Shown: positions 58,981-64,000 of the stretch, in pieces | Position numbering within the stretch: the first letter of the stretch is position 1 | How the letters are laid out: each line of letters begins with the position of its first letter | NCBI GenBank assembly: GCA_037137395.1 | Contig: JBAXKK010000002.1 | Span: forward strand, 43,213-107,212 | Direction: 5' to 3' | DNA from: Elusimicrobiota bacterium | GTDB lineage: Bacteria; Elusimicrobiota; Elusimicrobia; Elusimicrobiales; UBA9959 | DNA: 64,000 nucleotides | Notes under the pieces: generated by a model | What the model saw: the letters and a program-made list of their open reading frames with translations, nothing else | Told to the model about the DNA's origin: nothing | The model's database searches: none | Program-made: the position numbers and the translations under genes

Positions 58981-59772
58981 CTACTCCGCGATGAAATGCT
59001 CTTTGCGCATGATCTCCAAAATTTTCTCTACGGCCTCCTGAGCGCTTCCGTTTGTCATCAAAGCTTTCCCGCGCTGAGGAGGCGGGTATATTTTAGCCAC
59101 CTGCGTGGGCGAACCCTTGAGCCCCAAGTACTGCGTCTCCGCGCCGATGTCCGAGGCTGACCAGACATAGTACGGCTTTTTCAAAGAGGCGTGCGTTTCC
59201 AAAAACGAGGGATACCGCGGAACATAATCCTTGGGCATGATCATAGTGAACAGGACAGGGGCTTTGACCTCCACCACCTCATATCCGCCGTCTATAAGTT
59301 TGCGGGCGATAATTTTCTTGCCGTCAACTTCAATATTTTCGCAGAAAGTCACCTGGGGGATGCCCAGCTGCTGCGCCACTCCGGGGCCGGTCTGGGCGGT
59401 GTCTCCGTCGATAGCCTGCATTCCGGCAAGGACAATATCCGCCTTGCCCAGCTTTTTCACGGCCTTGGCGAGGGCGTAGGAAGTGGCCCAGGTGTCCGAA
59501 CCGGCAAAAGCCATGTCGGACAGAAGCACGCCGTCGTCTGCGCCGAGCGCCAGGCCCATCTGGACCACGCTCTTTGCCTGGGGCGGCCCCATGGAGATGA
59601 CGGTAACGCGGCATCCGTGGACCCGCTTGAGCTCCATCGCCGTCTGAAGCGCGAAATGGTCGTAAGGGTTGATGATGCTGGGCACCCCCGTCCTGATGAG
59701 CGTGCCTGTTTCCGGATTGATCTTAACTTCCGTTGTGTCCGGCACCTGTTTAACGCATACGGCTATGTGCAT
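58981..59772 (-). CDS. etfB: Electron transfer flavoprotein beta subunit
   Basis: VCVKQVPD, INPYD, FAGSDTWATS, DGDTAQTGP and GLKGSPT.V. Confidence 0.95.
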   Translation of the reverse strand: MHIAVCVKQVPDTTEVKINPETGTLIRTGVPSIINPYDHFALQTAMELKRVHGCRVTVISMGPPQAKSVVQMGLALGADDGVLLSDMAFAGSDTWATSYALAKAVKKLGKADIVLAGMQAIDGDTAQTGPGVAQQLGIPQVTFCENIEVDGKKIIARKLIDGGYEVVEVKAPVLFTMIMPKDYVPRYPSFLETHASLKKPYYVWSASDIGAETQYLGLKGSPTQVAKIYPPPQRGKALMTNGSAQEAVEKILEIMRKEHFIAE

Positions 59773-59889
59773 AAACGATCTCCTTAAAATTACAGTGCAG
59801 AGTCTAAAGTCCGGAGTCTGCAGGCAAGATGCTTAGAGTAAACCCGGACTTTTCAAGCTATAGACTCATGACTATCCACCCAACGCTTC

Positions 59890-61530
59890 CTACCTGGCCT
59901 TAAAAGTCTGCTTAAGTTTGACGGCAACCAAGTCCATATCTGCCGTCATACCCTTCTGAGCCGCCTGTACGGCATCCATATTGACGGCGGCGGCGAGGTT
60001 GCCCGCGCTATCCACGCACCCCAGAACCATGGCCAAGCCTTCCGAGGCTATCAGCAACGCGGCTTCACGCGCGTAGACGCGGGCCATAGCCTGCCAGGCC
60101 TGTGCGTCAAACCGCACCGACTCGCTGTATTTTCCCTTAGCCGCGGATCTCGCGAATACATAAGCCAGCTCCGCCATGGATATAAGCCTGCCCAATTTAA
60201 AAGTGACAGTCTGGTGACGGGTGAGCTTAGCCAGCCGGCATTCTTCCAGCACCGCGGCCAGAGCCCTGAGAGCGAGACCGGCGGCCTGAGCCCCCACATC
60301 AGGATTCTCCGCGTGCAAAGCGTCCATCTCTTCCGCGATATCGAAGTAGTAGCGCCCCCTGGTCTTTAAATGTTCCTGCCAGCGGCCCCTGTAGATTGTC
60401 ATTTCCAGAACTTCGCTGGTGCCTTCGTAGATACAGGTTATCTTCACATCCCGTTTTATTTTTTCAACCGGGAAATCATGGGTATAGCCATAGCCGCCGA
60501 ACGCCTGAATAGCGTCCTCCGCGGCCCTGTTGCCATATTCCGAAGCGGAATACTTGGCTATCGCGCCTTCCGTCTGGAGGCCGTGCTCTCCGCCGTCAAG
60601 CCGGTAAGCGGTTTCTTCGATATAAGCCCGGGAGGCCTCCAATCTTACCGCGTGCGGCACGATAAGCTTATGGGTATAGCCCTGTTTATCGCAAAGCGGA
60701 CTGCCGGCCTGTATGCGCTGCTGGCTATAGCGAATAGCCTGCTCCACCGCCTCCCAGCCGGCGCCGAGCCCGAAGGCAGCGACCATGAGCCGGGTGTAGC
60801 CAAAAACAGCCTGGGCCTGCACGAGGCCCTGCCCCTCGGCCTCGCCGATAAGATTTTCTTTGGGAACATAGACATTGTCCAGTGACAGGCCTGCGGTGTT
60901 GGAAAGTCTTATGCCGTGTTTATCCTCGTGCTTATTCGGGGAAAAGCCCTCCATATCTTTTTCCACAAGAAACCAGCAGGGCCCGCCGGGAGCCATGGCC
61001 AGAACCGTATAAAGGTCGGCTACTCCTCCGTTGGAGATCCACTGCTTGTTGCCGGTCAGGCGGTAACCAGTCAGCTGTCCGTTCTTTAAAACATGTTCCG
61101 CGCGGGTGCGCAGGTTGAGCAGATCGGATCCGGCGTCGGCTTCGGTGGCGGCGTAGGCCACCATAAGATTTTCTTTAGCGATGCGCTCCAGCCACTTCTT
61201 CTTCTGATCCAGAGTTCCACCGACATTAAGCGGATCGGTGCCCAGGAAAGTGGCGAACACCGAGGTCGCGATGCCAAGGTCGATATGCGCCAAAACCTCA
61301 CAGATGCGGTAAATATCATAGGTGCCGCCGGCAACCCCGCCGTACTCCTCAGGTATCATCAGCAGATGCACGCCCAATATGGAATGGTCGTACATGTCCT
61401 TCAGTATTTCGGCCGGAAACTCGTTGGCCTGGTCTTTCTCCCTTATAAAATCATTTGTGATATGCTTTTTAGCGTAGGCCTTTAAGCTGTCCAGCATCAG
61501 ATTTCGTGAAATGGGGTCCATACTAGGCAT
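59890..61530 (-). CDS. Acyl-CoA dehydrogenase with a C-terminal extension
   Basis: IPEEYGG, AYAATE..AGSD, GNKQWISNG, FGGYGY and IYEGTSE. Confidence 0.9.
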   Translation of the reverse strand: MPSMDPISRNLMLDSLKAYAKKHITNDFIREKDQANEFPAEILKDMYDHSILGVHLLMIPEEYGGVAGGTYDIYRICEVLAHIDLGIATSVFATFLGTDPLNVGGTLDQKKKWLERIAKENLMVAYAATEADAGSDLLNLRTRAEHVLKNGQLTGYRLTGNKQWISNGGVADLYTVLAMAPGGPCWFLVEKDMEGFSPNKHEDKHGIRLSNTAGLSLDNVYVPKENLIGEAEGQGLVQAQAVFGYTRLMVAAFGLGAGWEAVEQAIRYSQQRIQAGSPLCDKQGYTHKLIVPHAVRLEASRAYIEETAYRLDGGEHGLQTEGAIAKYSASEYGNRAAEDAIQAFGGYGYTHDFPVEKIKRDVKITCIYEGTSEVLEMTIYRGRWQEHLKTRGRYYFDIAEEMDALHAENPDVGAQAAGLALRALAAVLEECRLAKLTRHQTVTFKLGRLISMAELAYVFARSAAKGKYSESVRFDAQAWQAMARVYAREAALLIASEGLAMVLGCVDSAGNLAAAVNMDAVQAAQKGMTADMDLVAVKLKQTFKAR

Positions 61531-61549
61531 AAGTGCTCTCCTCTTAAAA

Positions 61550-63043
61550 TCAGGGTTTAGACCCGTCTGTTTCCAGCGCTGAAAGATAACCTTTTATCCC
61601 GCCCAGTAATTTAGCGGCGAGGGCCTTATCTTCCAGACCTTCGGCGTTGATAAAAACATTCTCGGCCGCGCAGCGGACCGCGGCCTCCAGTAGATAGCGG
61701 GCGCTCTTATAGTCGGACATGACCTGCGCCGAGATGCCGTCGCCGCCCGAAAGAGCCGCAAGAGCCTGCGACGCGAGTCCGGCTGTCTCTAGAGGAACCA
61801 GGGCCGCGTGCGCCAGAGCCGCCTGCATGGCTGGTTTGCGGGCAGGGTTATCCTTGGGAATCTTCATAGCGACCATGAAGGCGTCAAAGGCCGCGGCATC
61901 CGAACTAACGCAATTTTGAATGGCGGTCTTCAGCGTTCCGAGTTTTTCGTTTAGCGATCTTAGCGGCGGTTTTTTAGCTTCGTCCAGCTTCTTACTCCGC
62001 AGACTCACGCCTACAGCCATCTGGCCGAGAGCGCAACCCATGGCGCCGCTTATGCCGGCCGCGGACCCGCCGCCGGGGGTGGGATCGGTGTTGGCAAGCG
62101 CATCAATAAAAAGATTGGCGCCGGCCTGCCATGAGCCCAGAAGCTTCAGCAGCTTGGTTTCAAGCACCTGCGCTTCGGGATTGAAATCTTTAACCTTGAG
62201 CGCCTCTATGGCGTAACCGGTAAGAGCTTCCTGGGTTGTCAGGCCGATGAGTTCGGTGCTGACAATATTAATCCCCTTCGGCTTTATCTCTTTCTCTATC
62301 TCGTCGAGAGCCCGCTTGATGGAAGTGACATGGTAATCGGTGAGCACGGTTGACATCTGCACCTGATTTTTGGACTCCAGAAAGATTTCTTTCGCCCGCA
62401 GGTTGGGCAGCCCGCCGCCGGAGGTGCGGATCTTCTTGGCCAGACTTTTAGCGAATTCCATGTCGGTGGTGTCAAGGTTGACGTTAAAATTAACTATCTG
62501 CCTGCGGGCGCCCACAGCGATGGCGCCGGCGGTAGGATGGATTTTGTTGGGGCCGTAATCGGGAACACGGTCGGGATTTTTACCTATTTCTTCCCTTAGA
62601 CCTTCGAACTGGCCCTTTCTGACCTTGGCCAGGTCTTTGCGGTCGTCCTTCCTGGCGGCGAGATCGTAGAGATATACGGGGATGTCCAGTTCCCGGCCTA
62701 TGCGCTCCGCCAGCGTCCCGGCCAGTTTGACACACTCCTCAACCGGAGTATCCATGATAGGAATAAAAGGGGCAACGTCCAGGGCGCCCATGCGCGGGTG
62801 TTCGCCTTTATGGTAATTGAGATCTATAAGCTCGGCGGCTTTTTTGGCCGTCTGGAACATTCCTTCAACAGCCGTCTCAAGCGGGGCGATAAAAGTAAGC
62901 ACGGTCCTGTTATGATCGGCGTCCTTCTCCACGTCTAATATCAGGACGCCGGGCACGGCAGCCGCGGCCTGAACTATCGCGGCAATTTTGGCGGCGTCTT
63001 TACCTTCGCTGAAATTGGGGACGCATTCCACAAATTTGCTCAT
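61550..63043 (-). CDS. ftcD: Glutamate formiminotransferase-cyclodeaminase fusion (FTCD)
   Basis: ECVPNFSEG, DHNRTV and HKGEHPRMGA.D, plus a C-terminal PTPGGGSAA cyclodeaminase domain. Confidence 0.92.
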   Translation of the reverse strand: MSKFVECVPNFSEGKDAAKIAAIVQAAAAVPGVLILDVEKDADHNRTVLTFIAPLETAVEGMFQTAKKAAELIDLNYHKGEHPRMGALDVAPFIPIMDTPVEECVKLAGTLAERIGRELDIPVYLYDLAARKDDRKDLAKVRKGQFEGLREEIGKNPDRVPDYGPNKIHPTAGAIAVGARRQIVNFNVNLDTTDMEFAKSLAKKIRTSGGGLPNLRAKEIFLESKNQVQMSTVLTDYHVTSIKRALDEIEKEIKPKGINIVSTELIGLTTQEALTGYAIEALKVKDFNPEAQVLETKLLKLLGSWQAGANLFIDALANTDPTPGGGSAAGISGAMGCALGQMAVGVSLRSKKLDEAKKPPLRSLNEKLGTLKTAIQNCVSSDAAAFDAFMVAMKIPKDNPARKPAMQAALAHAALVPLETAGLASQALAALSGGDGISAQVMSDYKSARYLLEAAVRCAAENVFINAEGLEDKALAAKLLGGIKGYLSALETDGSKP

Positions 63044-63211
63044 AGTATACCTCTGGTGAGTCGCGGGGCGAGACATTGGCCAAAAATACTGAACCCCGCT
63101 TAATTATATATATAAATTATACTAATTTAATTTTGGCGTTTTTAAAGGGAAAATAAAACTGCGGCCCGTGTCAGCAATATGATTCGGGTTCAGGCAAATG
63201 GGGTATAAATA

Positions 63212-63238
63212 CGAAAACCCGCTTTTGGCGGGTTTTCG
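63212..63238. terminator. Intrinsic terminator hairpin
   Basis: CGAAAACCCGC-ttttg-GCGGGTTTTCG. Confidence 0.75.
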
Positions 63239-63293
63239 CTTCCCCTTATTCGGGGAGTTCTCATTCAGCGGCTCATATAGAGCAACTAAATAG

Positions 63294-63322
63294 AGTATAG
63301 CACAGGCTTATTGACTTGTCAA
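63294..63322 (-). promoter_or_regulatory. Near-consensus sigma70 promoter
   Basis: Minus strand TTGACA-17 bp-TATACT with an extended -10 TG. Confidence 0.8.
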
Positions 63323-63388
63323 GGGGGTGCAGGATTATTGGGCAGACTGTTCCCGGACCATTTGGAACTAAGACCGTTTTAACAACAT

Positions 63389-64000
63389 TCATTGCAGTTT
63401 CTTTAATAAAAAAACTATCCCTTTGGTATATGCGGCCTTGCAATACCAATTCAGTCCCTTAGCCCAGTCTTTTGCAACACCTTCGCCGCGATAGTACATG
63501 CCCGCAAGATCATATTGCGCATCAGCATATCCTTGTTCTGCAGCCTTGCGATACCAGTTCACAGCCTCAGCCCAATCTTTTGCAACACCTTCGCCGCGAT
63601 AGTACATAACCCCAAGACCAAATTGCGCAGGAGCATGTCCTTGTTCCGCGGCCTTGCGATACCAGTTCACCGCCTTAACCCAATCTTTTGCAACACCTTC
63701 GCCGCTATAGTACATGTCCCCAAGGATATATTGCGCTTCAGCATATCCTTGTTCTGCGGCCTTGCGAACCCACTTCACTGCCTCACCCGGGTCTTTTGCA
63801 ACACCTTTACCGTTATAGTACATGACCCCAAGATGACATTGCGCTTTAGCAAGCCCTTGTTCTGCAGCCTTGCGATACCAATTCACAGCCTCAGCCCAAT
63901 CTTTTGTAACACCTTCGCCGCGATAGTACATTAACCCAAGACCAAATTGCGCTTCAGCATTTCCTTGTTCTGCGGCCTTGCGAACCCACTTCACTGCCTC
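63389..64000 (-). CDS. Sel1-like repeat protein, 3' part (starts beyond the window)
   Basis: 36-aa repeats AQ..LG.MYY.GEGV.KD..EAV.WYRKAAEQG, visible as 108-bp DNA repeats. Confidence 0.92.
   Translation of the reverse strand, partial: EAVKWVRKAAEQGNAEAQFGLGLMYYRGEGVTKDWAEAVNWYRKAAEQGLAKAQCHLGVMYYNGKGVAKDPGEAVKWVRKAAEQGYAEAQYILGDMYYSGEGVAKDWVKAVNWYRKAAEQGHAPAQFGLGVMYYRGEGVAKDWAEAVNWYRKAAEQGYADAQYDLAGMYYRGEGVAKDWAKGLNWYCKAAYTKGIVFLLKKLQ

Noticed and set aside
63400..64000. CRISPR-like periodic repeats
   Set aside because: The 108-bp period is in frame and encodes Sel1 repeats.

Overview
A gene-dense bacterial chromosome segment from a probable Gram-negative anaerobe. It has an outer-membrane barrel, AsmA, rubrerythrin/superoxide reductase and a bifurcating-type ETF. 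An Elusimicrobiota-like origin is only my impression and is not shown. From left to right the window carries: a zinc-ribbon gene fragment; mtgA; a PP-loop / SxtJ-like / carbamoyltransferase / SxtK-like cassette opposite an SGNH-TPR gene; DJ-1; the glycine cleavage operon with a lipoate ligase; AsmA, pyrE, DUF62 and an RlmI-like gene; tRNA-Phe; an anaerobic oxidative-stress operon; glutamine synthetase; a ~19 kb purine-catabolism-like locus (two Mo-hydroxylase subunit sets, XdhC, MocA, a deaminase, a fused PreT-PreA-type reductase and ssnA); a histidine utilisation operon whose HutH has Ala-Cys-Gly in place of Ala-Ser-Gly; a kinase / CHASE2 cyclase / DUF3307 / exonuclease block; acyl-CoA dehydrogenase-ETF; FTCD; and a Sel1-repeat gene. 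The most notable non-coding signals are four. (1) At least ten gene junctions carry inverted arrays of 7-8 bp tandem units from several sequence families, and some have invaded coding sequence. (2) A ~190-230 bp structured element with terminal inverted repeats occurs twice. (3) A 46-bp tandem duplication that can fold into a hairpin sits in the leader of the reductase-ssnA operon. (4) A ~80 nt promoter-to-terminator RNA lies upstream of ftcD. Two genes carry single-base frameshifts that may be sequencing errors. All family assignments come from motif recognition; no searches were run.
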